From: Cladosporium halotolerans
Lineage: Eukaryota
Length of the DNA: 64,000 nt
NCBI RefSeq assembly: GCF_011745625.1
Contig: NW_027191452.1
Span: forward strand, 930,001 to 994,000
Direction: 5' to 3'
Shown here: positions 1 through 12,893 of the stretch, one piece after another
How the letters are laid out: each line of letters opens with the position of its first letter
Position numbering within the stretch: position 1 is the first letter of the stretch
The notes under the pieces: generated by a model
Database searches by the model: none
Told to the model about the DNA's origin: nothing
The model's input: only the letters and a program-made list of their open reading frames with translations
Position numbers and translations under genes: made by a program

Positions 1-3000
1 GGCAACCCCGCCGATCAAGATCAAGAAGGCACACTGCTAGACCACCAGGATTTCATTGAGGGGAAGCTGAGCGATAAGTTCTTCGGCGATTGGTACCACA
101 ACACTGGAATCATCATATTTGCATGTCTGGCGTCCTGGACTGTCGCCGTGCTCGGTGGAGGCCTTGGCTGGGTCTTCCTGGTCATGGCCATCTGCGGCAC
201 GTACTACCGTACCTCGATTCGCCGCGTGAGGCGCAACTTCAGAGACGACATCCAGCGCGAGATGGCAAAGACACGCCTGGAGACTGACCACGAATCTCTC
301 GAGTGGATGAACAGCTTCCTCGCCAAGTTCTGGCCGATTTACGCCCCAGTGCTCTGCAACACGATTGTTTCCTCGGTCGACCAAGTGCTCAGCACTTCAA
401 CCCCGCCATTCCTTGACAGCATGCGCATGAAGTTTTTCACCCTCGGAACTAAGCCTCCTCGCATGGAGCACGTCAAGACCTACCCCAAGGCCGAGGATGA
501 CACCGTGCTGATGGACTGGAAGTTCAGCTTCACGCCCAACGACGTCGCCGATCTGACAGCGCGCCAGATCAAGAACAAGGTCAACCCGAAAGTCGTCTTG
601 GAGATTCGTGTCGGCAAGGCTATGATCTCCAAGGGCCTGGACATCATCGTTGAGGATATGGCTTGCAGTGGCATCATGAGAGTCAAGATGAAGCTTCAGC
701 TTCCCTTCCCGCACATTGACAGAGTTGAGATCTGCTTCCTGGAGCGACCCACCTTTGACTACGCTTGCAAGCCTATTGGAGGTGAGACCTTTGGATTTGA
801 CATCAACTTCATGCCTGGTCTGGAGAGCTTCATCCAGGAGCAGATTCACGCCAACCTTGCTCCGATGATGTATGCCCCGAATGTCTTCCCCATTGAAGTC
901 GCCAAGATGCTTTCGGGCAACCCGGTCGACCAAGCCATTGGTGTCCTGTCTCTCACTTTCCACGGCGCTCAGGGATTGAAGAACCCTGACAAGTTCTCCG
1001 GCACTCCTGATCCTTATGCTACCGTCAGTATCAACAACCGCGACGTCTTGGGCAAGACAAAAACCGTCACCGAGAACGCGAACCCCAGATGGAACGAAAC
1101 CGTGAACGTGATTCTCACCAGCCTGCGCGAGCCTTTGACTCTTCATGTGTACGACTTCAACGAATACCGCAAGGACAAGGAGCTCGGTGTCTGCACGTTC
1201 AACCTCGAGCAGCTTGAGACCGACCCTGAGCACGAGAACCAGCACCTTGAGGTTATTGCGGGGGGCCGGCCGCGTGGTATCGTCCAATGTGATATCCGCT
1301 TCTTCCCTGTGCTCGAAGGCCAGAAGTCCGCTGATGGTACCATCGAACCACCGCCCGAGTCCTCTACCGGTATCGCCAAATTTGAAGTCGAGCAAGGCAA
1401 GGATCTCGATGGAACTAAATCGCTCATCGGCCAGCTCAACCCGTATGCTGTCTTGCTGCTCAACGGCAGGGAGGTCCAGATCTCGAAGAAGCTCAAACGC
1501 ACCAACAACCCTATTTGGCCCGATGCCAGCAAGGAACTGCTCATCACTGACCGTAAGAAGGCTAAGCTGGGCTTGGTCATCAAGGACGACAGGGACCTTG
1601 CTGCCGACCCCGTGCTGGGAACTTACCAGATCAGGCTCGACGACATGATTGAGCTGATGAGCAAGGGCCAGGAGTGGTACAACCTGGCAGGCGCCAAGAG
1701 CGGTCGTGCGAAGATGAGGCTCCAGTGGAAGCCTGTCGCGCTGAAGGGCGCGCTGGGAGGCTCTGGCGGTTACATCACTCCAATCGGTGTCATGCGCATT
1801 CATGTCCACGGCGGCAAAGACCTGAAGAACCTCGACACCGTCGGCAAGTCTGATCCGTACGCTCGCGTCCTCCTGTCTGGTATCCAGAAGCGCAGGACTC
1901 CCACTTGGAAGAACAACCTCAACCCCGACTGGGACGAGATCTTCTACATTCCTGTCCACTCCACCAGGGAGAGACTGACTCTGGAGGTCATGGACGAGGA
2001 GAACGTCGGCAACGACCGTAGCATGGGCAAGGTCGAGCTCGCTGCTAGCGATTACGTCGAGCAGGGCGAAGACGGCGACTACCTTGTCCGCGACAGCAAG
2101 GACGAAATCCTCACTCGCCAGCTGCGGATCGGCAACAACGCACCCAAGGGCACGCTTACTTTCACCGCCGCGTTCTACCCCACTATTCCTACGATCGATC
2201 CGGAAGAGGAGGACGAGGAAGAGGTGAAGGGCAAGGCGAGCATGGATGGTGTCCGCAAGAGCATTGAGTCTAATGGAAACGTTGGACTGGAGCGAAGCAC
2301 AACCGCAGGGACCGCCAGCTCTGTCAAGACGGGTGAAAGCAAGAACGGCGAAGGTGACATGCAGAAGGCACTTGCGGCTGGCGAGAAGGAGCAAGTCGAG
2401 GCGGGTGAGGTCCAGGCCAAGGTTGTGCCCAAGATCCGTGTCACTGCGGAAGACCTGAACAAATATGGTAAGCCACTCTTGGGTCTGCTCGGAATTCGAG
2501 GACGCGCGCTAACTTTCCTGCAGAATCTGGTCTGCTGGTCTTCAAGATCATTGAAGGAGAATTCAGCCAAGCTCACCAGAATTGCCATCTCGAGGTCATC
2601 ATGGACGACCACCTGTTCCCAGCGTACACATCCGCGAAGACCCGTTCTGCTCACCACGTTTACAACGAAACGAGCGACGCCATGGTCCGCGAGCTTGACC
2701 TATCTCAGATCACCCTGCGACTCGTCTCCGAGGTTGACCATGAGGGCAAGGATGGCGACAAACACGTTGAAGCCAAGCTTACGGGCAACATGCTCGACGT
2801 TCTCAAGCGCGGCTTGTACACGCCGACTCAGCTGTCTCTCAAGAGCCCCAACGGTGGCGGCGAGAGCAAGGTCACTGTCAGCCTTCGCTACATTCCCCTG
2901 CGCATGCAGCTGGATCCGAGCGAGAGCTTCAACAATGCGGGCAACCTTCGTGTCGAAGTGCTCGACGCGGCCGACCTGCCTGCAGCGGACCGCAACGGCT

Positions 3001-4178
3001 ACTCGGACCCGTACTGCAAGTTCAAGCTCAACGGCGAGTCAATCTACAAGACCAAGACTCAGAAGAAGACGCTTCACCCGGCCTGGAACGAGTTCTTCGA
3101 GACTCCTGTCCGTAGTCGGACTGCGGCTAAGTTTAGAGTTGACGTTTTCGACTGGGACTTCGGAGACAAGGCTGATTTCCTCGGCGGTGCCGAGATCGAT
3201 CTCAGCATTCTCGAGCCCTTCCAGGCCCAAGAGGTCACGCTTGGTCTTGACGGCAAGAGCGGCGCCGTCCGTCTGAAGATGGTCTTCAAGCCCTCGTACG
3301 TCACCCGCTCTCGCCAAGGCTCCTCCACCTTCTCCGGAACATTCAGCGTCCCCGGCAAAGTCGTCGGCGCGCCCGTCAAGGGCGTGGGCAAAGGCGCCGT
3401 CTTCGTCGGCGGCAACGTCGCCAAGGGCGCCAGCTTCCTCTCCCGCGGCTTCAAGCGCCGCACCGCCAGCCACACCGCGACCGAAGACGCCAACGGCGGC
3501 GTTGCCGAGCTCCGCGACGCCAGCATGGACGTCCCCGACACGCCCGCCAGCCCCAACGGCAAGATGTCCGTCGACGGCATGGCCGCGCGCGACTCGCCCT
3601 CCCACCACCGCCAGCGCAGCGCCGGCGCCGCCTCCCAGGCCCCCGCGGGCGCCGCCGAAACCGGCACCGCCTCCATCACCGTCATCTCCGCCAGCGGCTT
3701 CGACGACGACACCAAGCTCGAGGTCCGCATCCTGCACGACTCCCCCGCCAAAGGCCCCACGCAGGTCGTCCGCACCAAGACCGTCAAAGCCAAGAACGGC
3801 GAGGCCTCCTGGGGCGACGACGAGGTCAAGAAGCTGCCCTGCTCCGCCAGCGACGGCTTCAAAGTCCTCGTGAAGGAGAACAAGACCTTCGGCCACGAGG
3901 ACCTCGGCGAGGCGACTTTCTTCCTCGACGACCAGGGCTCCGGCGGCGCGCCCAAGGAGGTCCGGCTCGCCGGCGACAAGGGCGTCGTGCTGCTGCGCGC
4001 GAGCTTCGCGCCCTCCGCCTCCGACGCCGCGAGCGTCATGACGGGCGCGGGTTCGGGCTCCGCGCCCAACTCCGCCGGCGGCCTGACCGTCGACGCCCCG
4101 CACAGCCCCAAGAGCAGCAAGGGCCTCGGCCGCTTTGTGAGCCGCCGCGACCGCAGCGTCACGCCCTCTGCGAATTAG
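1..4178 (+). CDS. TCB: Tricalbin / extended-synaptotagmin (SMP + multiple C2 domains), ER-PM tether; 5' end outside window
   Basis: Frame is open from base 1. Hairpin TM, then SMP start (ESLEWMNSFLAKFWP) and C2 motifs (GTPDPYA, GKSDPYA, DRNGYSDPYC). Intron 2468-2523 (GTAAGC..GCTAAC..CAG) joins ORFs 148..3276 and 2601..4178 as ..KY/ESGLLVFKI. Confidence 0.95.
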
Positions 4179-5181
4179 GAACCGCTGCCGCGCAGGGATG
4201 GCTTGAGGGGCAGCGTGAGGCGGAACAGCGCGCAGCTGGCGAGACTGGGCGCGGAGCTGCTGAGGAGGGGTGGTGGCGCGGAGAGGGCGGCGGACGCGAC
4301 GGGCGATGGCAGTGGCGTGGTCCGCGGGGAGACTTGAGTACCTTATATACGGGGATTGGGAGGGTTACGGAACTGGACGGGACGGGACTGGGTCGAGCCT
4401 TCGAGGGCTGGCGCGTGTTAGAGATACCATTATTGCCTTGCGGGTTCTGGGCTTTTTCTTTCTCTCTTTTTCTTTTGCTTCTTCTGGTCTCGTCCTCGGG
4501 ACTTTTGGCTTTTGCTTTTACTGTTTCCTTTTTTCTATTCGTCCTTTTCACTGTGTATCTACCTAATCCAACTTGGCAGAAACAACATTCACTTAACAAA
4601 GATGGGTTTCCTGTCGTGCCCTTTGCGGCCTCGTGATGTGTCGGCCCACCAGGTTTATGTGCAAAGTGCTAGCCAGGGAGGGGAGTGGTGATGACTATGC
4701 CACTCCACGAATTTAGGTTGCAAGGCGGGCTTTCCAACCGGGAGAAGGGTTGGTGACTGACGATTGATATGATCACAAGCAATATGGAATGTGCAAGTCA
4801 TACTCAACAAGCACACAACGCATCATCCGGACACAATGATCAGGTTCATCAAAGAATGGTGGGGACAGACTCGGATGGGTTTTCAAAGCATGATTACAGT
4901 ATCTATATTCACGTTCTTTGCAGTGTTCTTTTTTCCTCGCAAAAGTGAGCTTCCGGGGGAGAGGCGAGCACCTGGGCTCCTTTTGCCTTTTTTCCGCGGC
5001 TTTCGCTCCTCCGCTCTACACCTGACCCGCAGCAGTAGGAAAAGTTGCTTTCAACGCGTGTGTGCCCGCTTAATGCAAAACGTTCAAAAAAAGAGAGAAG
5101 AAACACAGAGTCTCCACTGGCGATGTGAGGCGTCGCCATTGGTTGGAAAGAGAATCTCGACGTCGAGCATCCGCGCTGAGC

Positions 5182-7297
5182 TTAGTGCTCAAGGAGGCGG
5201 AGAGAGCCCTGGACGACGACGTTCTCGAGGATGGATCCCGGAGGAATGTCGATGGTCTGGCCCTCGGTGGCAACGATGATGACAGTGCCCTTGCAGACGA
5301 CGCCACGGCCGAGGTTGACGGCACCGGTGATGGTGAGGTGGTCCAGCTCGAGGATCTTGGGGATGGACGGGATGCGGGACTGGAAGGCAGAGACCTTCTT
5401 GAAGTCGTTGCCGAGCTTGATGAGCGGGGCGGGACCGAAACGGTTCGGGTCCATGACGAGCTGGCCGTGGCGGAGGGTGTAGAGGTCAGACTTGACGAGC
5501 ATGAGGTCGGAGCAAGTCTTGACGGGGAGGAAACGGCGACGCGGGACGTTGACACCGTGGGCGTTGTTGAAGTGACGGATGGCAGCACCAACAGCGGTCT
5601 CGAGCTGGACGATGCTGACGTCGGCCTCACCCTTCTGGTCGGCAGGGATGGACTTGCCGTTGGGAATGATCTCCATGGAGAGCTCGTTGTTCTCGACAAC
5701 GCGCTTGACGGCACGGAGGTTCATCCAGATGTTGTTGGTGTTGAAGTACTTGAACTTCTTGATGGACTTGAACTCGTTGACGTGCTGCTTGGGAACCTGG
5801 GCAATCTCGAGGAGACGGGCCTGGCCCTCGTAGTCAATGATGGTGCCACCCTTGACATCGGCCTTGGTCTTGTCAGTCAGCTCCATGATGTACTCAGAGC
5901 GCGACTCGACCATGTGCTGGAGGATGTTAAGGTCGACGACAGCACCAAGGTTGTCGGCGTTGGAAAGGAAGACGATCTCGACGCCACGCTCGAGCAGCTT
6001 GTCGAGGGTGCCGGAGTTGTAGAGAGACTCGAAGACGTCACCGTGGCCCGGAGGGTACCAGTCGGAGATCTGGGAGTTGGCGTTCTTCGGGGCAGGGAGG
6101 AGAGAGTCCTTGAGCACACGGGGGTACTTGGACTGGTTGAAGGTGAGGATGTCAATGTTGTGGCCCTCGTACTTCTTGATGATGTTGGCGGTGTCCTTGT
6201 CAGTGTTGAAGGAGTTCATCAGGACGAAGGGAACGTTGACGTTGTAGGTGCGGTTGAGGAACTCGATCTGGCGGACGGAGAGGTCGAGGAAGGACATGCC
6301 GTCGCGGACCTCGATGACGGACTTGGGGCCAACGCAGCCCATGGAGGTACCGAGACCACCGTTGAGCTTGACGACGGCGAGCTTGCTCAGGAACTCGACA
6401 GAGTCGGAGTTGCCGAGGCTGTTGTAGTCGACGACCTGCTCGGGCTTGGGAGGGGAAATGCGGTCCCACTCGATCTCGTTGCCCTTGGCCTTGTCGTTGA
6501 GGTAGCGGCGGAAGAGAGCGAAGAAGTTGTCCATCTCGGTCTCGAAGCGGGCCTTCTCCTTCTCGTCGGTGACGGAGTCGGCGAGGTTGTTGAGAGCATT
6601 GCGCATCTGAGAGGCAGCAACGGAGGTCGAAGTGTTCTCAAAGGCCTGATCGTAGTAACGTGTGGTCAGCATGGTCGAAGCGTCAAAAGGCTTGTCGAGC
6701 GGCATAAGGCCCCTCTTGCTAATTTTGGGGAAGGCTGAAGGAGAGGTGGCGGCCGCCGCAAGCAGAAGGCTGGAGTCTTGAGCACTCTGTGTGATGATGT
6801 TAATGAGGTGCCTCGGAGAATTGAGGTCCAGTCCAGATTGCTTGTTGCCGTTGTGTTGGTCGTGGATGCCATTTATAGTAGCGGTGAAGCCACCTGGCAG
6901 TGGAAGGAGCCAGTGTCTGAACGGTGGTGACGTGAGACAATTGACTGTGAGCCATTGCGGACATTGACCACCGCCAGATGGTTGCACCGCAATGTCCAGG
7001 GAGCCAGACGCCGGGAGCGGAGGTCTGGCCTGGACCTCGTGCAACGATTCGTATGTGTCCGAGGAAAAGCCTCCGGTGTTTTGCTCTGCGGTGCTGCTGT
7101 GCCGCTGTGCTAGGAATGCTCTGCTCTGATACCTTGCTCCGCTTGTTCTGCTGCTGCTACCTGCCGCTCACCGGTGAGTGCAGATAAGAAAGTGGCTCAA
7201 TACATACCACGTGGCTCTGGGTCTTGCCGTGGTGACGGTCCTCGGCACCGCCGTTGCCGGCCTTGAGGTGGGAGGGAACAGCGCTCTTGGAGGCCAT
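5182..7297 (-). CDS. UGP1: UTP-glucose-1-phosphate uridylyltransferase
   Basis: Motifs [38 protein letters not shown]. Exon 1 is 7297-7208 ([16 protein letters not shown]), intron 7207-6646 (GTATGT..GCTGAC..CAG), exon 2 6645-5182. Confidence 0.97.
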
Positions 7298-7332
7298 TGT
7301 GTGCGAGTGTGGAGGTGTGTCTGGAGAGAGGA

Positions 7333-7436
7333 CTGTATGGAGGAGTGTTTGTCAGGTCGGGTGCTCGGGGAGTGAGGTGGAGCGAAGCTGGCGGGCAGGA
7401 AGTCGGCGTAGGGCAGGCACGAGCGAGCAAACTCAC
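7333..7436 (-). other. Putative 5'-UTR intron of UGP1
   Basis: Minus-strand GTGAGT donor at 7436, CTGAC branch near 7355, and ATACAG acceptor ending 7333, 36 nt before the ATG. Confidence 0.55.
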
Positions 7437-9228
7437 CGAAGTGGGGTCGACGCGGCGGGCGTCAAGGGTCAGGACGGGGCGCGGTGGCAGGTGGTGTGAG
7501 CGATGCGGGCTGAGGCAACGCGGCGGAGACGGAGGTGGTGAGTGAGGAGGAGAGAGGACGACGGGCAGGAGGGAGCAGGAGAGGTCAATGGCCGTGGTGC
7601 TGTCTGGGAGGGCAAGTTTTATGGGCGTCGGCCGCAGGCCACACGCACCGCAACCGCTGCCCGCTGCCCGCTGCCTTCGACCACTAAACCCCACCATGCA
7701 TCGCATGCCTCGCGCACGGACGCCGCCGCCGCCAGGGGAATTCAACGCAGCCCTCCGCCGCCTCTAGACGCTGCGCGCGGCACGACTGGCCTCGTCCACG
7801 CCAGCGCCTCAAAGAGTCTGCTTGGGACCCTGCCTGGTTGTGCTGGGCCTGCAGAGCCGGCTAGCCCGCGGCACACAAACTATCGTAGCAATTACTTCAC
7901 AATTGCAAGCCGTGAAGAGCCAGGCGGCATTGCGCCCACCCACTGCCTACACTACTCAGGCCATCAGCCCATTCGGGCCCCCTATCGAGCTGCCTTGATA
8001 TCGTCCATGCCCGGCGCGCAGGCTCCGTGGCCGCACCGCAACGCCAGCGCCACGCCGACCCACGCAGCACGTTCGTGCGCTGTCCGCAGCCGATCACCTC
8101 CAGATGCTGCCGGGTGTATTGTTAGTGGTGTGTGTATACGATGCCCGCCGCCCGCTGTCTTCACACCGACTCGCGCGCTTTGGGGCCAACCGTGCTGTAG
8201 CTGCATATCCGGCCTGCAGGGCTCCCGCCGTGCCACAGGGTAATGTATTCACGATATCTTCTCGAGGCGTGGCCTGCCGGTCCCGCACCGCTCTTCATCA
8301 ACCGAGACGTCGCTCCGCAAGCAATCAATCCCCTAGCGGATCGCGATGCTCTCCTGCAATCCTCCCGTCGCCGACTTCTTCCTGCCCTTCCGTGCCTTCT
8401 CCACACCCAATCTGCCACCAGCCTGCCATGCCGCAGTCGCCACCGTGCAGCCGGCTGAAGGGACGGGCGCTAGCGGCGCACATCGCCGCGGCTACCTGCA
8501 GCTCTCCCAACGCCATGCCACCCACCGCATGGCTTTCCCATGCCCGCCACGCTTCCCACAGCCCTAGCCAGCCAGACCGCACCTCCTCGGACGCCCTCAC
8601 GCCGGAGCTTCGTCCGCAACGTGTCTGCGCGCGTGGTTGTGACAGGCCCTGATCTACCCAGGAGGTGGACTGACATCTGTCAATGGGTCTCACTCTGAAC
8701 TCACCGCGTCGCACCGCACTTTCCGCCGCGCTTGCCGTTCGGTTGCTCTATTTACGTTTCCCCGGCCAAAACGCCGGCGCCGAACCATAAACATGATACC
8801 CGTTTAGAGCGCTGCTTCGGGTGCCGACAGCTGTGGCGTGGATCCATCGCCGGTGGAGGCTCATCTCAGCCAAGCACTTGGGAGTCGAGAGCTTGTAGGG
8901 CTTGAACCCTCCGACGCCATGTCCCTTGGTCTGTCTGTGGCGCAAAGTTCAAGGTCGCCTCCGCATTGGAATACAGATCTCCAGTTGAGTCAAGTTCTCT
9001 GGTTGGGACAAGCAACTTTCCATTGATGCCAGCTGGTCGACGCATTTTAAAGACATCACATGAGCAAGACCTTGGCATCCTTGTCTCCTGAAGACATGAT
9101 TCCATTCTACAGGCTTCAAGGCAGGCCCTCCAAGCCAACAACTTGCCTTGCGGTCGGCAGCCGATCGCTAACAGGGCATCATTCTGGTATTTTTCGCTTC
9201 GCTTATTTCTGTTTACATGATGTATGTC

Positions 9229-10124
9229 TCAATTCCACCGCCTGTGGACCTCAATGACTGGCGCGTCCGCAAAAGGCACGGCGCAAGGCTTCTCAAACTT
9301 CAGATGCACGACCCACGGTTTGATGCCCCTGGCCTCAAACACCGGGCGAATCTCTTTGAGCGTGTGGTCCACCAAAGTCTCCAGCGTTTCAAATTCCGTC
9401 CTCTCGACAATCTGTAAGTGGGTCAGCATACTGAACCTTCAGCATCAACAGCGCAGGAACGTACTCCGGCCAACTCCCTCTCTAGAGGGAAGAGCAGCTT
9501 CATTTCTTCCTCTGGACTGCCAGCCTCATCCGCAAAGTCAACAGCGAAATTGACCACAACCGGCTGTCTCCCCTTCCTTTCGTATGCATTGACACCAATC
9601 AGCGTAGGCACTCTGAGATCCTTGCAGACGAACGTCCGGAAGCCTCCAGTCCGCTCTCCCTTCTCACTGTACAGCCTGACTTCACTCATCGACAACCCCT
9701 CGCCGAACGCGCTCGCTTTGGGCAGAGTCAGCCTGGCCGCAATGCGCTTCGCGACAAACTTGTCACCTTCCGGCTTGGGCTTCCGGGCCATGTGCTCAGC
9801 CGCCTGGAAGATGGCGTTCAGAGCGGAGCGCTGGCCTTCTTCGTTCGAGCAAGCGGCTCGCACACGTTTCGAAAGCTCTCCGTAGTGCACAGTGCTGTCG
9901 TCCAGTGCATCCTGCGAAGCTGCGGAAGTGAAGTCGTTTCGAAGCCAGAGTGACACGGAGGCCAGAGCCGGTTGCTCTTTGGCTTCCAGCCATATGTTGG
10001 GAGCAATGGCGCCTGAAGGAAGCTGTACGTTGCGGACTGATACGATGGCTTGTAATTCTGGGCTCGACTGATTGTTTTCGGGCGTTGGCATTGAGACCGG
10101 AGGGTTGAATACGTGATCATCCAT
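9229..10124 (-). CDS. Stand-alone tandem-domain dihydroneopterin aldolase (FolB-like)
   Basis: Domain 1 has KEQPALASV..DSTVHYGELSK. Domain 2 has IGVNAYERKGRQPV..FETLETL..FEKPCAVPFADAP. Intron 9464-9412 (GTACGT..GCTGAC..CAG) joins ORFs 9423..10181 and 9229..9429. Confidence 0.85.
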
Positions 10125-10388
10125 GTTCGAGGTTCTTTTCGTGACGCTGAGTGACTTGTTAATGGGAATAGTAACTCTCAAATTGTGTAATTTTTGCTGT
10201 CAATGCGATGGATGAAGCCAAATCCTCTCTTGATCTGCTGGAGGCGATCAACGTATTCCCAATTAAATGTTTCTCATCGAATGTACTTCTTCATCCAACA
10301 TGGCTTGGCAGCCCGTTGCTCGTTCCGCTGCGGACTCATGCGCGCTTTCGCTCCTCCCCGCAAAAGTGACGCTCGGCGAACGGAGCTC

Positions 10389-10401
10389 TTCTAGAGCTTT
10401 C
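10389..10401. promoter_or_regulatory. Imperfect heat-shock element upstream of STI1
   Basis: TTC-ta-GAG-ct-TTC matches nTTCnnGAAnnTTCn with one mismatch, ~135 nt before the STI1 ATG. Confidence 0.4.
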
Positions 10402-10535
10402 TCTGATCTCGACCGCAGCCGAAACGAAACCACTAAAGTCTGCCACTGCTGCTTGTACATTGGACTCTCACTTCCCACGACCAGAGATACCCCCAAATAC
10501 CTTAATACCCGTTTACGACTTTCACGACCGCCACC

Positions 10536-12334
10536 ATGGCCGACGCTCTCAAGGCCGAAGGCAACAAGCTGTTTGCCGCTAAGGACTTCACCGGCGCTGC
10601 GTAAGTCGGCTCTAGTCGGACCTGTAAACGGAACGAACATGTTGCTAACACGACCACAGTCAAAAGTTCAGCGAAGCGATCAACCTCGAGCCCTCAAACC
10701 ACGTCCTCTACTCCAACCGATCAGGCGCCTACGCCTCGCTCAAAGACTTCGACAAGGCCCTCGAGGACGCCAACAAGACCACCGAGCTGAAGGCCGACTG
10801 GGCGAAGGGCTGGGGCCGCAAGGGCGCCGCGCTGCACGGCGTCGGAAACCTCGTCGACGCCGTCGACGCTTTCGAGCACGCGCTCAAGCTCGAGCCCACC
10901 AACGCTCAGGCTAAGTCTGGCCTAGACAGCGTACGGCGTGCGATTGACGCCGAGGCGAGGGCGGACGGCCTCTCCGGCGACCCCAGCGGCGGCCTCGGAA
11001 ACATGTTCAACGACCCCAAGATGATCGAGAAGCTCGCGGCCAACCCCAAGACGGCCAATCTGCTGGGCGACTCGGCTTTCATGAACAAGGTGCAGCAGCT
11101 GAAGAACAACCCCAACGCTATGGGCGAGATGATGGGCGACCCTCGCATGCTGCAGGTCATGAGCGTGCTGCTTGGCGTCGACATGCAGTTTGGCAACCCG
11201 GACGAAGCCGCGAAGGGCAAGGAGGCAGAGGCAGAGGAGGACGTTGAGATGAAGGACTCAAGACCCGCTCCCCAGGAGCCCAAGAAGGCACCTGAGCCTG
11301 AGCCCGAGCCCGAGCCCGAAGATGAGGAGAGCATTGCCGCGAAGAAGGCGAAGCAGGAGGCAGACGCCGAGAAGGCCCTCGGTACGACTGCGTACAAGAA
11401 GCGCTCGTTCGACGAGGCCATTGCACACTACACCAAGGCCTGGGAGACGCACAAGGACATCACCTACATGACCAACCGCAGCGCGGCGCAGTTCGAGAAG
11501 GGCGACTACGATGCGTGTATCGCAGACTGCAGGACCGCCATCGAGCACGGCCGCGAGATCATGGCCGACTTCAAGATCATCGCCAAGGCATTCGGCCGCC
11601 TCGGCAGCGCCTACGAGAAGAAGGGCGATCTGGCCAGCGCCATCGACAACTACCAGCGCTCGCTGACCGAGCACCGCACTCCCGAGGTGCTCACCAAGCT
11701 GCGCGCTGCCGAGAAGGCGAAGCGCAAGGCCGAGACCGACGCATACCTTTCCCCCGAGAAGGCTGAGGAGGCCCGCGAGCTTGGCGGCCAGAAATTCAAG
11801 GAGGCCGACTGGCCCGCCGCCGTCGAGGCGTACAGCGAGATGATCAAGCGCGCCCCCGAAGACCCCCGCGGCTACTCCAACCGCGCCGCCTGCCTGATCA
11901 AGCTGCTCACCTTCCCCTCCGCCGTCGCCGACTGCGACGAAGCCATCAAGCGCGACGTCAACTTCACCCGCGCCTACCTGCGCAAGGCGCAGGCCCTCTT
12001 CGCGATGAAGGAGTACAACAAGTGCATGGACGTGTGCGCCGAGGCGTCGCTGCACGACGAGGGCGGCAAGAACGCGCGCGAGATCGAGCAGCAGAGCCAG
12101 AAGGCGCTGCAGGCCCAGTACGAGGCGCGCGAGGGCGAGACCGAGGAGCAGACCCAGGAGCGCATCCAGCGCGACCCGGACATCATGGCCATCCTGCAGG
12201 ACCCCGTCATGCAGAGCATCCTGCAGCAGGCCAAGGGCGACCCGCGCGCCCTCCAGGACCACATGCGCAACCCGGACATCAAGAACAAGGTCCAGAAGCT
12301 GATGGCCGCGGGCGTCATCAGGATGGGCAGGTAG
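10536..12334 (+). CDS. STI1: Hsp70/Hsp90 organising co-chaperone Sti1/HOP (TPR + DP domains)
   Basis: Starts MADALKAEGNKLF. Intron 10601-10659. TPR motifs (LYSNRS, GYSNRAAC) and DP repeats (DPDIMAILQDPVM); ends LMAAGVIRMGR. Confidence 0.97.
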
Positions 12335-12893
12335 GCGGTGGATAGGCGTGTAGGGTTGGGATGAGTTCACGAAAATTGTATGGATGCAAATCGACTCGGA
12401 GTAACACTGGGTGTAATTTCTCATGGCAAGCAAGCAGCATTAGTTTGTAATTTCAAGCTTCGTTCAGCATCGTTTCTTGTTCCTTGTACTACCGAAGATT
12501 AAGTGCACCGAGTCGATCTCTTCGTCTCATTTCTTCCACATGCTTGATGTGCGGTTTAAGCGTAGCCTTATAGTATTTCGCTCATTATCGAAGCAAACCA
12601 AATCACATGATCTAGAGACCTTGAAGATAATCTGCCAGTGCTTGCAATCAGATGCCGCCCACACACATGCGCAGTGACGAAAGCCAGATCCGGCGTCCCT
12701 CGCCAGCGGAGGGAGAGAGTCCGGGGAAGGCAGCATCACCAACAAAGAGGCCACCAAAACTCCCCTGGTTGTTGCTTACTCCAGCTCACGGTTCCGAGAC
12801 AAGGTCACCAATCCTGCACATCTGCTGCTCGCGGTGTAGCGCCACGCTCGCGGCCCGACCACTCCCCCATCAATGAGCGCGTAACGCTGCCCG

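Noticed and set aside
3300..4178. Marked GC rise at the tricalbin 3' end as a foreign insertion
   Set aside because: The ORF is continuous, and the rise is explained by Ala/Gly/Pro-rich coding with C-ending codons.
7440..9200. GC-rich ORFs or ncRNA upstream of UGP1
   Set aside because: The ORFs are low-complexity products of GC richness; no tRNA, snoRNA or TER hallmarks found.
397..12433. Long antisense ORFs (397..2394, 3039..4103, 5125..6738, 11258..12433; similarly 43615..44769, 48449..49546)
   Set aside because: They are shadow frames of GC3-biased genes on the opposite strand, with no independent motifs.
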